Shown: in pieces, positions 49,891 to 63,419 of the stretch
How positions within the stretch are numbered: the first letter of the stretch is position 1
Layout of the letters: each line of letters begins with the position of its first letter
NCBI GenBank assembly: GCA_030265395.1
Contig: JARFYF010000012.1
Span: 22,350,708 to 22,414,707 of the forward strand
Source: Rhina ancylostomus
Taxonomy: Eukaryota
Direction: 5' to 3'
Length of the DNA: 64,000 nucleotides
Position numbers and translations under genes: made by a program
Notes under the pieces: model-generated
Database searches by the model: none
Told to the model about the DNA's origin: nothing
Seen by the model: the letters and a program-made list of their open reading frames with translations, nothing else

Positions 49891-51699
49891 CAACATTTCG
49901 TATTTCAAATTTTGTACCTTTTATGGATCCTTGCAAAGGGACAGTGGAACTGATGGGGCTGCTCTGCTGGGAGAAGGCATGGACCCAATGAGTTGAACAG
50001 CTTCCTTCCAGAATGTAATAAGTAAGTAGATCTGTCCCTGCCCTCAAGCAGAGGGCCAGATGCGAAGTGTGGCTGACTCCTCTGCTGAACATGTCAGTTG
50101 TCCACTGCTCAGTTCAATAGTAAGTCCAGTAGTGAAGCAAGTGGTCAGGTGTCCCAAAATTTCATCTACTGGATACTTCTTACTTCTGCATTTGGCTGTC
50201 TATGCATGGAAATCTGAAAGATGCTGTCACCAGTTTTGGCCAAATGTTAATTGGTATTTCACAAAATCTGCCCTAGTAAGAGTCCAAAACTAAATTCAAA
50301 AACATAAATTCACATCAGCAAAACATTCCAATGATAAGTTTTGTGTAAAACTGCAAAAATATTCTTTTGTTGAAGAAAACGAATCCTGAGTGGATATTTC
50401 TGCCAAATGGATTAAATTTAGCACTTCCTGTACCCAACAGTTAGCTTTAATTTAATTGTTGATAAACTGCTTTATATCCCTTTAAAGAATCATAAATAAA
50501 CAAAACAAGAGCCACTAATTCATTAATGATGTGTCATCAGGTATGTGCTTTTGAATTTAAATACAACTACTTTTGGTAGGGCATTTATAAACCGACCCTT
50601 ATCATGTTGAATAATTATTAGGGGAGAAAGGGGCCCATGCCCCCTGTGTGCAATGTAAACTCAGCTGGATCTTTTTTATCTCCACTGTAGCAATGAGAAT
50701 CCAGACAACACTAATTCTACAGAAGCAAAGGGTTACGCTGGAAATACATAAAGCCTTTAAGTTCATATTTCCTTGCTTGTGGGAGCACTGCACTATTGAA
50801 ATATTAAGTTACAGTTTATATTACTGAACACCTGATATTGACACCTAATGTTTTATTTTATCCTGTGCATTTTGGACATAAATGCTATTTTCATTTGGTG
50901 TAAAAATCTGCACTTGGAGGCAACCACATGGAATGGCACAAGACTCTTTCATAACCTCAGTAACCTTAGCTTTCTCCCGCAACCCCATGAGCCCAGTCAC
51001 AATAAAGCCTCTGTCTAGACTTAGTAAAGGAGACATGGACAGATGATTCTTTGCATTGATTTGCCCTTTGTTGGAAAGGTGAGGTTGTGCAAAGATATAT
51101 TAATGGAAACAGATATTGTGTGTGGGCTGAGACAGTGTTCGCTCACTCAAACCTTTTAGAAGTTATTTATTGCAAAAAAATCTTTATTCTTGTACAGGAG
51201 AGTTTATTTAACTGCCAACTATTTTCTAGTCTTCAAGAGAACATCCAAAAAAAATCTGTAGGAACATCTATCCACTTCCTGTACTTACTTCAGCCGGAGA
51301 AACATAAAATAGCTATAAATGAGGCTCAACTGTGCCCTTGCTGCAATAGGAGCCATGTTGTATTTTAAATTTTGTACTCTCAAAACCAAGGCTCTTGCTG
51401 TTGTTATAATGTATTTGCAAAGATCATATATAGCAACTGGAAATTTCATTGGTTGACCACTGAACAAAAACTACAGAAGACAGTATACTATAATGGTAGA
51501 ACACTGGCAAATGCTCACAGCAGGGCTATTTGAAAACTCCTGTTCCCAGTATCCTTAAGGACCAAACCAAAAACTTCAGTAGCTTCCAACAAGGTCTGTC
51601 TAAGAAGTTGGGGGTCAGGGAAATGGTAGATGTTGGCTGCAGTGAGTAGTTGGTGTGGCTGGACTGTTTGGGACACCAGGCAAGAAGCGAAGAAGTTTC

Positions 51700-51860
51700 A
51701 ACTGGAATCAGAAGGTGCTGGAAATACTCAGGAGACCTGGATACATCTGTGGAAGAACAGAGTTAACCTGTTCTACTGAAGCCTCAGCAACCTGAAACGT
51801 TAGCTGTTAACTATTGACTTGGTATTCCCAGCATGTTCTGTCTTCTTTTCAGATATCCAA
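51700..51860. mobile_element. Penelope-derived palindromic element, decayed
   Basis: TGCTGGAAATACTCAG...CATCTGTGGA...CCTGAAACGTTAGCTG...TATTCCCAGCA. Confidence 0.65.
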
Positions 51861-52369
51861 CAACAACATTTTTGTACCAGTTATAGAATTTGATGTGGAG
51901 ACTGGAAATATGGACAGAGTACAAAGTTTTCGGGGACTTCTCATGGTAGGAGTAAAGGTAGGAATACAAAGTGCTTTTGGAAGACAGTGCTGATGTCGGG
52001 GATATAATGGCTGAAAGGAACAATGGGAAGGGTAATTAGCCTCTCTGCCAGACTTTCCCTTCTGTTTTTCATCAATCCCAGACCTTTGAATGCAGATACA
52101 GTAACTCTTCTCAGTCAGTGATTAAAGTTGAACAACTGAATAGTTACTGGCTGTTTAAACTTTCTCTCCCATTTTAGATTGTGGATTAACAATGAAGGTT
52201 ACATTTCAAACAAAAATAGAGCTCACTGACTATTCAGGGGTGATTTTACCAGCTACTCATCAAGCTTGGCTGTGCACAAAATAAAGCAATGGCCTGACAG
52301 AGGGATGAAAAATGCAAAACTGAAGTTAAGGGCTCAGAGGGGGTATGATATCCTACATGGAATACTGAA

Positions 52370-53240
52370 GCACAGTCACATGATCCCTGGAAAAGCTGTC
52401 CTCAGCTCCTAAAGTAAACATTCTTCAATTTCCAAAACATCTTAATAACATCTGTTGTTGAAACCTTCATGCATGCCCTCATCAATTCAATCATGATTGC
52501 TCTATTTCTTTCTTGGCTAGTTCCGTCCTCCACCCTTCATAACATCCAGATCTCCCAAAACTCTGCTGCTTATACTCTATCCCACACCCTCATCCTCACT
52601 GACATACATTGGCTCCCAATCCCACATTTCTTCTTGTCCTTAAATCATCCCATGGCATCTCTCCACACAGAACATGAGTCCCTTTGGCACTTCAAGTCTT
52701 TGCCAAATCTNNNNNNNNNNNNNNNNNNNNNNNNNNNNNNNNNNNNNNNNNNNNNNNNNNNNNNNNNNNNNNNNNNNNNNNNNNNNNNNNNNNNNNNNNN
52801 NNNNNNNNNNAAGTCTTTGCCAAATCTGTTGAAGAGGAATACAGTTCATCACAATCTTTTCCCATTCTTCCCCTTTTCTCCGCAATCTTTTCTCCAAATA
52901 TCGATCCAATTCCCCTTTGAAGGTTACTGCTGAACCTGCAGCCTAATTTTTCCTTAACCTCCTCCACTTCTACAAACCTCTCCCTATCAATCAAACTCAA
53001 CTGTTCCCTGATTTTGGCTTCTTTTACATCACTCTCCCTTATATTAGAAGCTGTACTTCAGCCACCTTTTGCTCAGCTGTTCCCCCTCCATCTCTCAACC
53101 TTCCTATTTTCCCATAATACTCCTTGAAATCCACCAGTTCAGCCATGCTTTTGTTCACTCCTCTAATTCCCAGTTGCTTTAACTTTACAGCCATCTCATG
53201 TATCTGAAACATGCCTAAGCACAATTTGTCAAGTCAAAGA
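52370..53240 (+). mobile_element. L2 LINE fragments
   Basis: HALINS...IQISQNSAAYTL...LTDIHWLPI (L2 C-terminal QNxAAR..LHWLP motif). Confidence 0.7.
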
Positions 53241-56179
53241 TGATATTCAAACTCCTTTCATTGTAGATGTACAGCATTACTTTGTCTGGCTTTCGAACTG
53301 AGACATTAATCTGCTTAGAATAACATTGTAGACTTTAATCTCTATACTTCCTGGTATCATGTTCAATCAGAGGCATTGAGCCTCAAACAAAAAGAATTAG
53401 TCCTGAGTGTGTAGGTTCTAGAGCCTTCCTCAGTCACTTACATAAACAGCAGTGTGCTGTGTTCTTTCAAGTTTTCAGCCAGTCCCTGTTCTTCAAAAAG
53501 TTCTGAAAACTGCTCAAAAGGTGTCACAACAGGTCAAGAGGGAAGTCTGATTGCAGCTGACACTGTAATCAGCTATCACACTTTTTTAATCTATTTATAT
53601 ACTTTGATCTCGATATACCACAGTTGACAAATAAATAATTAGTCATGATTGGCAAAGTGGTACCCAACTGCTGAACTTGGCTATGAGAGCACTAATAGTT
53701 TTAATATGAACAAACGGATAAAAAGGACATCTCATATTCCTCAGCGGCACTCCTTAAGAGCGTTATGTACTAGGATCAGATTTATTCTGACTGGTAGGCC
53801 CCAGTAGTTACAGAGAGGAAGGAAGTGATGGGAGGGAGAAGGAGGTGGGGGTGTGTGTGCGATTGTAGCTGGGACATCTGGAAAATCCAAGATCACAGTA
53901 GTCCTGGTGCATTTAATGAGAGAATTTTTTCTTTAAGCCCACTTTCTGCCTAGACAGGAAGTCCCAATAGTAAAGAGTCACAGCCAGGGTCAGTCGAGAT
54001 GTCCCGTCAATTGGAAAAGATCAAGGCACGGGAGATGGACGGTGATTTAGTCTGCAGCACTGAAGTGCAGGAGAAGGAAAGATTGCAGGGAGAGTGGGTT
54101 AGGAGTCTGTGCTCACTGGGGAACAGGGCTAATGACCACAGGATAGCCAACTATCACAGGGAGGTAGGCATATTGTGACAGAAGATTAGCTCCAGGGACA
54201 AAGGGGAGCACTTGCTAGATCTGACAGCAACTGCTTGCAGCCTCTAAATTCAAATGGCTCTGAAACTGCAAAGAAAGCAGCCTCACTCAATCACTGGAAG
54301 CAGAGACCCTCCTTTCTGAAGTAGCTTACTCAGTTATCCCTAAATCAGGTGCTGTTAAATCAGAAATAGGAGCATTCACACCAGGTTTTATGTTTTTACC
54401 AGCTTTTTGACTCACAACTGCTCAGTGGAAGGGAGGGGGCAGGGGTTGCTCCATTACAATGGGAAGGATCATCCTGTTGTCCACTCATCACAGTTCAGCA
54501 TCAGGGTCAATAATAATGCATCCAAAGCAGTGTGTAGTACACTTTGGAGAGCCTCAGCACCAGTGGAAGGTGCGGAAAAAGTGGTGCAGGGAAATAAACC
54601 ACAGCTCAATGCTGCCGACCAGATGGTTCTGATTGGATATTGAAAAAAAAATTGCAGATATGTCTCATCTAAAACTGCTGGCCTGCTCCCAGGACTGTGA
54701 TAGTCCAAGGGCGCACCACAGCATCAAGTTATCGAACCCTTGCCAAGCAATGTCTGGTAAGCAGCCCCGCCAAAAAAGAAGAGAAGATCCTATCCTGCTT
54801 CATCACAGTTCCTCCAGTTAATGCGAGCCTACTCGAGACCCAAGCCATGATCTGCTCTTCTGGAAGTCCCAGTGAAACATAAAGAAAGTAATCCTGATGA
54901 TCTGTATTGTAATCCTTTTTCTTACCAATGCACGTGGGGAGTTGGAAGTTCCCCAGGTCAAAGTACAGGAAACTTCCTCCCGCTAGTGCTATATTACTAA
55001 TTTATTTTAATACTATTTAAAGATGCATTACAGTGAATACTGCATGAGAAAAGTGATTCATGTTCTGAACAGTTGCTCAAGGTTGCTCTTTGTCAACAAG
55101 TAGCAGAAAGAGCTCTCCTGGTACCCACCATCAAGTACTGTGCCCTCAGGCTGGGCATTTTATAATTCAACTACTTAGGATATTTGCCAGAAGAATAGCA
55201 AACAGCATAATATAGAAAGGGCTGCAACGCAATCTCATGAAACATTTCTGCCTGATGCCTTCCAAAGAGAAATTTGTACTCAGATTCCATCATAAATGCT
55301 TTTTTTCATGCAAAAAATAAAATGAACACAGAATTATAAATCAAGCTGACAAGCAAACGCTAATTCAGTCCTCAATGATGCATAAAAATATGAAATAATA
55401 TTTGTGGGAAAATCTGCAAAAGAATGAAAAAATTATAATTCCATTAATTGTCCCCTCCAGATGTTATTATACATTGAAATCCTTATATTCCCTGTAGACC
55501 ATCTTAGTACAAAAAGGAATGTCAGACCACAGTCTATGAAAGATGCAGGGCTGGTATACACGTAGTTGTTCCTAAATTGATGCCAGAAACTTTCATTCCT
55601 TGGATTCAAGTTAGAAACTAGATAACACCAGTGTAATGGAGCCCTCCTCAAGACAGTATTCATATTGTCATTTCTGCTCTTTATAGGACCCAGAGCTTTG
55701 CTTAGAAAGCTTACATTGCACATAAAGGTGTGAAATATAGGAGGTGATAGTGGATTTTGTTGGTCTATGTAAGTTAATTTCCAAACGTCAAAGAAATGCA
55801 ATTCATGGAATCTCTCCTGAATACAACCTAGCCTTCCGACACTGCTTCCAGCTGTGACATTTTGGCAAAAATGTACACATCCCTGTACTAAAAGGGATTG
55901 TGAGTGGATACAGCTAATGTGGCCATCTGTGTGTTAATTTCTTCACAAACAAATGTTCTGCTTGGCAATATTCTGATCCAGTTTTGGTAACATTAGCTGA
56001 GAAACGGTTATTTTTTTCAGTGCTACAAGATCCAAAGTTGATTTATACCGAGTGTAAATTAAGTTAGCAATCATTTCCTGGTGAAATTCTGTTAATTGTG
56101 AAATCAGACCAAGCCCTTCTAGTCTTCATTCACAGACCTAACATTGTCCCAGCAGCAGGCAAGTACCTTACAAAGTCAT

Positions 56180-57010
56180 GGTGTCATACAGTCATGCAGC
56201 ATGAAATGGGGCCTTTGGTCCATCCTGGCCATCATACTTAGCTATACATCCCAGTCTCCAGCATTCAGTACCTAGCCTTTCATGCCATGGAATTGCAAGT
56301 ACTCAACTAAGTAATTCATAAATGTTGTGAGTCCCTGCCTCCATCACCCTCTCAGGCAGGACACTTCAACCATCCTTCAGTGAAAAAAATCTTTTTCACA
56401 TCCCCTCTAAAGATCCTCTGCCTAACCTTAAATCTATGCCCTCTGGTTATAGACACATCTGCTAAGGGGAAATGGTTCCCATTTTCCACCCTGTCTATAC
56501 TCTTCATAATATTGTGTACCTCATCCTGCCTCATTCAGGTCCCCCCTCACCCTTCAAGGAAAATAAACCCAACCTATCTAGTCTCCCCTCGTACCTGAAC
56601 TGCTCCAACCCAGATAACATCCAGGTGAATCACTTCTGCATTCTCTCCAATGCAATCACTTCATCGCTATAGTCTGATGACCAGAACTGCTCTCAGTACT
56701 CCAGCTGTGACATAACTGATGTTGAATATAGTTTAGTATAAACTCTCTGCTCTAATATTCTGTGGCCTGGCTAATGAAAGCAAATATTCCATATGCCTTC
56801 CTAATCACCTTTTCTTCCTGTACTGCTACCTTCAGGGATCATGTACACCTCCCTGTTCCTCAGTACTTCCTATGGTCCTGCTATTCATTGGACAAGTCCT
56901 AGCCTTCTTGGTCCTCCTAATATGCATCACCTCACATTTTTCAAGATTAAATTACATCTGCCATTGTTTTGCCAATCTTAGCAACTCACCAAATTGTTGC
57001 ATAGCTAAGG
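56180..57010 (-). mobile_element. CR1 LINE 3' ~800 bp
   Basis: ORF 56352-56534 EVHNIMKSIDRV...FPLADVSITRGHRFKVR..FRGDVKKIFFT is CR1 ORF2 C-terminus; CR1 tail at ~56190-56230. Confidence 0.9.
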
Positions 57011-59414
57011 ACAACCCTGCTCACCATCTATCCTTGACCATCATCCTCAACTGTCAATTGTCATACAAAGCAGGTTTCAGCTCACATCAACTTAAATCGG
57101 AGATCAAAACTCTACATAATGACTGTCTGAGGAACACTCTCAGGAGAACCAAGACTGTGCTGCACTACAGTCTTGCTTTGCTCAGGATTTAAAGGGAAAA
57201 TCTGCAACCATGGGAACACTTCAAAAGGTAACTCCAGAACTCACAAGAGACTGTTCAGACATATTCTAAAGTGCTCAGTCTGTGCTCAAATCTAATGCCA
57301 GCTGGTTTTTTTTGGAACATGTAACTTATAAGAAAATAATATTATGTTCAGTTTTATAATTATCCTGCAGATAGTATCTGGCTCCATGTGGCAGGCGATT
57401 CTGGAAGGGGAGTTGTTTGAGCGAGAAGGTACAGAAATCCAAAACACCAAAGGCCCTCTGCTTAGCAGCTTCTCTTGCCCCTCTTGGCAGCCTTTATTCC
57501 TCTGGTGTTTGGCTACCATGGGGACTATGCCTTTAAGAATTCATGATCTTTCCAGAGTGCTGCTCAGCAAAGTGGCAAAAGCTGTGTTACAGACCTGCAT
57601 AGATTGTGATTCACGTATTGTTTCAGGTTGAAACTATGCAAGTGCAGCTGCACACTTGTTTTTAACCAATACTGTGATCTTCTGGGGTGGGGGAACCAAT
57701 TTGCCATTGCACACAATGATACACCAAAAAAAGTTCAATGGCAAATGTATTTGCACTGTGTGTAACTCATTGACTACTGATGTGTAGCTCAAGGAACTAA
57801 ATAAATAAGTCAATGTGCAATGGCGTTGCCATAAGCTTTTATCAGTCATTCAAAAACAATGAAATTCTTTACGAATTTGTAATTCTAAAATTCATTTTGT
57901 CTTAATTGAGTTTTCTCAGGCTAAGGAAAATACCTCTTGGATCTACGGCCCACACTGGGACTGATTTCTAAATTTAATAATCTTTTATTTTTCTTACTTC
58001 TGTTGAACATTTTTTTTTAAAATAACATCAAAATTGCTCATTTACCCAAGGTAATATAAGACAACATTTAACCTCCAGAATCTCAGAAGGGTTTAATAAC
58101 ATCTGCACCCATATTACATCAATCCGTTTTCTTCATCCATCTGTACCCCTTAACAGTACAGTCATTCCAGATGAACTATTTGCTGACCTCTTACAAATGG
58201 CAGTACAAACCATTGATTACGAACTTCATCAAACTAGCTAAATCCATAAGTCTCACAGAATCAAAGAAATATTGTGATAGTGCACATTTCATATTGAATG
58301 TTTTAAGTATTTACTTACATGGCAGCAGTGTGAGTTTAGAAGTTGTAACAGCAAAGTAAAGCAAGCCAAAGAAACGCAATGAAATATTCATGTTAAGTAA
58401 TATAATGTACATGGGTGGGTGAATTTCTAGAGCACAACATGCAATAGGATCACTGATATATGAGTTTGGATATATGGGAAAGCTGTGTAATGTCTCAGAG
58501 AACATGTGTTGTTAATTCAGTGCTTAGTAAAGAAATGAATCGCATTTCAAAATATATTCCCCCATAAAATACAGTTCAACAGTGGTGTGTCATTTAGTCA
58601 TATATAAACCCTTCCCCCAGAAAAAATAAGATTTTATTGTAATGTGTAGTTAGTACTTTGTAATTGGTGCAGCCTTCAAATTAGATTTTCAAAACTAGTC
58701 ATGAGCAAAAATAAAGCCTGACCAGTTACATACTTCTCAGGCCATGCATAATTGTGGTCTTTTCCACAAGTACAGAATGTTCCCCTGCTTTCCTCCCAAC
58801 TCCTTCGAAGTAGTGCTCTGAAATTATGAAAATTACTCCTCAGCTTTTTTTCAATATGGAAACCATCAGTTAAATTACTTAAAAAGCTAGTGAGTGTTTG
58901 CAGAGATTTGCCAAACTCCTTCTCCCTAACGAGCAGAGTAGACGAACAGATACATGTTCGGCTGTTGAGGATTCAGTTTTCCGATATGAGCCAAGTCAGC
59001 TGTTACAAATCAACCATGCCTAAATTTGGCACAGCAAAAGATGACCTGTCTCTCTGCAAATCGCTTCCCAATTAATGGGAGGGGAAATTCCAACTCTCTC
59101 ACCACCTGACAAGAAATTGGATGGAACTGGAAGTGAAGCTGAGTAGCTTTTTAGTCTTTGGGCCCATGACCCTTGTAGCACGGAGCAGGTGAGGTGGACA
59201 TTTAANNNNNNNNNNNNNNNNNNNAAAAGAAAATAAACATTTGTATTTACATAATGCTTTTACAGCTTGGATGTTCCAATGCACTTTTCAGGCAATGAAA
59301 AACTTCTGAAGTTTTGAATGAGGTAATGCTTGCAGAGGAGCCAAAGAGAAAAATAAAGGTTTTCAAAGCTTATGGGATAAGGTAGTTGCAGAGACAAACA
59401 CTCTCCAATAATCA

Positions 59415-59515
59415 AATAACATGAGTCCAAATGATGGGTCTCGACCCAAAATGTCCATTGTCCATTTCCCTCCATAGATGCTGCCTGACCCGCTCAGTTC
59501 CTCCAGCACTTTGCA
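59415..59515 (+). mobile_element. Penelope pseudo-LTR fragment
   Basis: GGGTCTCGACCCAAAATGTCCATTGTCCATTTCCCTCCATAGATGCTGCCTGACCCGCTCAGTTCCTCCAGCA; same family as the right arm of 28985-29185. Confidence 0.8.
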
Positions 59516-59779
59516 CGTTGAATTAAATAATGTGATTAACCTGAAAAATTTGAACCTTCTTCCTCCTGCATGAACAATGCTTGATGCAATTATACTGGCA
59601 TAATTGGTGTACAGTGTCTGTTAAGGTGATATGATCTGAAAATCTCTATCGGCATTTAAACACATCTGTCATTATTTCTGGTGGAAAATTGAATTCCCCA
59701 ACAAAGCTAGCATAATGCTCCAACCACTTCACCAATCCCTGGAAAAACCTCCAGAACTGGGTGATGATATAAGATAAAA

Positions 59780-59856
59780 AATAACAAAATGCTGGAAATA
59801 TTCAGCAGGCCAGTCAGCATTCATGAAAGAAAAAAAGCAGAGTTAAACATTTCAGG
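59780..59856 (-). mobile_element. Penelope pseudo-LTR fragment running into a gap
   Basis: AAATGCTGGAAATATTCAGCAGGCCAGTCAGCAT...GAGTTAAACATTTCAGG. Confidence 0.7.
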
Positions 59857-60729
59857 NNNNNNNNNNNNNNNNNNNNNNNNNNNNNNNNNNNNNNNNNNNN
59901 NNNNNNNNNNNNNNNNNNNNNNNNNNNNNNNNNNNNNNNNNNNNNNNNNNNNNNNNNNNNNNNNNNNNNNNNNNNNNNNNNNNNNNNNNNNNNNNNNNNN
60001 NNNNNNNNNNNNNNNNNNNNNNNNNNNNNNNNNNNNNNNNNNNNNNNNNNNNNNNNNNNNNNNNNNNNNNNNNNNNNNNNNNNNNNNNNNNNNNNNNNNN
60101 NNNNNNNNNNNNNNNNNNNNNNNNNNNNNNNNNNNNNNNNNNNNNNNNNNNNNNNNNNNNNNNNGGGGAGTACTTGTGGAGGTGGATATTATTTTAATAA
60201 TATTTTTATAATATTCTTTATTTCCATTTGGAATAATATAAATGGTTAGCAAATATTTAAATGCTTGTGTTAGTGATTTATTGCCTGGTCCTTATGGAGA
60301 TGGAAACATGAATTAGGGAGCAGTAGAAGAATGGTCCCTACAGAATTCCGAAATTGGAGGAGAGGGGAAGAGGTGACATCATATTGAAGGTGATAGAAAT
60401 TAGATAAGATCCATTAAATGCCCAACCCATCTACCTCCATGCACCAACATTGACTCATTTCTTACTTTATGTACCAAGCCACTTTAAGGGCATGTGACTA
60501 AATGTTATGTCAAAAAATAAAGAGGTTAGACAGACAGAAAGGTGCAAGGAGGGAATTCCAGAACTTTGCTCAGCAGTTGAAGGTATGATTGGCAGAGGCA
60601 GTGTGGTAAAGCAGGTGGAAGTGGAGGATGAATAGAGGCAGAGTCACAGAAAGGCCTTGGTGAAACTGGAGAAGATGAGGAAATCAGTAGTACAGAATTC
60701 TGACTGCTAGTCCAGGCAAGAATGGAGTC

Positions 60730-60819
60730 TGTGTGCACGCGTGTGTGTGTTGTGTGTGCGCGCGCATGCGTGCGTGGACCTGTACATTCATGTATATGTG
60801 TGTAAATGTGCGCGCGCGC

Positions 60820-60865
<46 letters not shown>
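60730..60865. repeat. (TG)n/(CG)n alternating purine-pyrimidine microsatellite
   Basis: Directly visible; runs into a ~690-N gap. Confidence 0.95.
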
Positions 60866-62269
60866 NNNNNNNNNNNNNNNNNNNNNNNNNNNNNNNNNNN
60901 NNNNNNNNNNNNNNNNNNNNNNNNNNNNNNNNNNNNNNNNNNNNNNNNNNNNNNNNNNNNNNNNNNNNNNNNNNNNNNNNNNNNNNNNNNNNNNNNNNNN
61001 NNNNNNNNNNNNNNNNNNNNNNNNNNNNNNNNNNNNNNNNNNNNNNNNNNNNNNNNNNNNNNNNNNNNNNNNNNNNNNNNNNNNNNNNNNNNNNNNNNNN
61101 NNNNNNNNNNNNNNNNNNNNNNNNNNNNNNNNNNNNNNNNNNNNNNNNNNNNNNNNNNNNNNNNNNNNNNNNNNNNNNNNNNNNNNNNNNNNNNNNNNNN
61201 NNNNNNNNNNNNNNNNNNNNNNNNNNNNNNNNNNNNNNNNNNNNNNNNNNNNNNNNNNNNNNNNNNNNNNNNNNNNNNNNNNNNNNNNNNNNNNNNNNNN
61301 NNNNNNNNNNNNNNNNNNNNNNNNNNNNNNNNNNNNNNNNNNNNNNNNNNNNNNNNNNNNNNNNNNNNNNNNNNNNNNNNNNNNNNNNNNNNNNNNNNNN
61401 NNNNNNNNNNNNNNNNNNNNNNNNNNNNNNNNNNNNNNNNNNNNNNNNNNNNNNNNNNNNNNNNNNNNNNNNNNNNNNNNNNNNNNNNNNNNNNNNNNNN
61501 NNNNNNNNNNNNNNNNNNNNNNNNNNNNNNNNNNNNNNNNNNNNNNNNNNNNAATGAGGGCAAGGATCCACTTGGCTGAGTGAAGAATGACTAACTGTCT
61601 TGACTTTGGCACACTGCACACTTCTGTGTAAAGTACAACCCTAGAAAGGGATATCATTGTATCCTCAGTTGGAAATGGACCTCACATTGATGTTAATTTT
61701 TTTAATTGATATTGTTACCACACAAACTCTTCATTATCTTACCACTGAAAATTACACTAGCATGGGAATAAACATTGGTTATTTGTCAAATTATGAAAAA
61801 TTCAAATCAAAAACTATTTGAGCCACACATAAAATCTGAGCTGGCTCACCAGCAAATTTCTAGATTCAAAGATTGATATTCTGGGATTGATTGTGCACAG
61901 AGCAGAACTCAACAATGTCTGACTGTCTTGCGGTAAACCTATGTTTGTGTAATGAGATGATTTTGTATCATATTCATGTCACAAAATAAAAATACAGTTA
62001 TACTTTGTGGCAGCATGTTTTTTATTACTGCCTCAGACTTCATTTAACAGTATGGTTGACAAAACTGGTATCAGAACCAAGGTAGAGTATATATATTTTA
62101 CATCAAATCATAATAGCTTTGTAAGATGCTGAAGTTCCATATTTTGTCAATTGCAGCACACCTAAAATATCAATATCAAAGAATAATAGTTGGAAATATC
62201 ACAAGCCTGCCATTGTTACTTTTGGAAACCTGTCTTTAAAACAGTATGTTGATTCCTACAATAAAAAGA

Positions 62270-62425
62270 GAAAATGCTGGAAACAGTCTGCAGCTCAAGC
62301 AGCATCTGTGGAAAGAGAAATAGTTAATGCTTCAGATTGAAGACCTTCAGATGCTGCCTAACCTGCTGAGTCTTTCTCAGATTTTCTAATTTATTTCAGA
62401 TTTCCAGCATCTGCAGTTTTCATTT
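62270..62425. mobile_element. Penelope-derived palindromic element
   Basis: AAATGCTGGAAAC...GCAGCATCTG vs CAGATGCTGC...TTTCCAGCATCTGCAG inverted arms. Confidence 0.75.
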
Positions 62426-62499
62426 TGATTTTTGTGCATTTGATTCCTACTCTTCCTGCAGAATTCTCTCCAAAACCTCAAAATTATCTTCCCTCTTTA

Positions 62500-62680
62500 A
62501 ATTCACTCATTTGGTTAAGATTGATACATCTTGGGGTCGTGAGGTGATTAAGAGGTATTGGGTTAACATGGGAAGGTGGCACTGCCATAAAAGATCAGCC
62601 ATGATCTTACTGCATGACAAAGCTGGAACACAATGGAGGACCAAAGGACCAACCTCTCCTGCTTCTTGTGTTCTTTTCTG
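62500..62680 (+). mobile_element. CR1 3' tail
   Basis: AGATCAGCCATGATCT...AAAGGACCAACCTCTCCTGCTTCTTGTGTTC. Confidence 0.7.
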
Positions 62681-63259
62681 CAATCAAACTGTTAAACCAA
62701 TGAGATTTGATAACTGTTGCCTGCAAGGGAGGCAAACATGATGTAAGGTGTGAGATACATAAGGATTAACAAACCACGAATTATTCCTAAGATTCAAAAA
62801 TGCTCTGCCTTCAACAACTGTGCAGATACTTACACATTCCCAGTTTGATTTATGCGGCCCGATATTGAGCAAAAGAATCACTTTAAACATCACAATAATG
62901 AATGTCCTATTTTGGTTAATTGCTAATTGTAACATCACATGGTATTGCATCATCGAGGTGAGCACACTGAAATGCTAAACATACTTAGAAATGTCTCCAT
63001 CTTAAATCTGCTGCATTTAGGCATGCAAGTTATGATCCAGGATTCCACCATAGCTTGACCCAAGCTGGTCAATGGTCGATGTCTCAACCTAAACATCAAC
63101 CATCCCTTTGCCTCCACAGATGCTGCTTGAACCTCTAAGTTCCTCCAACAGTTTGCTTTATGCATGCAAGCTGTGATCTCAACTAATGGGCTTACAATGG
63201 AGTCTATCTCAGTGCAGACTAGAATTAAGCCAGGCAGCATTACCTCCTCTCCATCCCTC

Positions 63260-63415
63260 CCACCAACACTTTTCTCAGTATTACACATCTCCAATAAGTT
63301 TCCCACTGAAATGGAGCTAACCTGAGGGACAGATGAAAAACTGTTCACCCTTTGTGACCTCCATATCAGAACCAAATTCACTCCCAACCTCAATCATCCA
63401 GCTATACTACGCAGA
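63260..63415 (+). mobile_element. RTE RT fragment
   Basis: PTLFS...SNKFPTEMELT*GTDEKLFTL...IQLYYAE resembles the RTE YRTDGKLFNL...ELQYADD region. Confidence 0.7.
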
Positions 63416-63419
63416 AATA

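Noticed and set aside
58897-59060. 10-bp inverted repeat TTTGCAGAGA/TCTCTGCAAA about 150 bp apart
   Set aside because: Too short to distinguish from chance; no TSD or second copy seen
60526-61657. Long ORFs of 257-345 aa (and similar ones at 20.0-20.6 kb and 59.8-60.2 kb)
   Set aside because: Artefacts of translating N gaps and the (TG)n microsatellite
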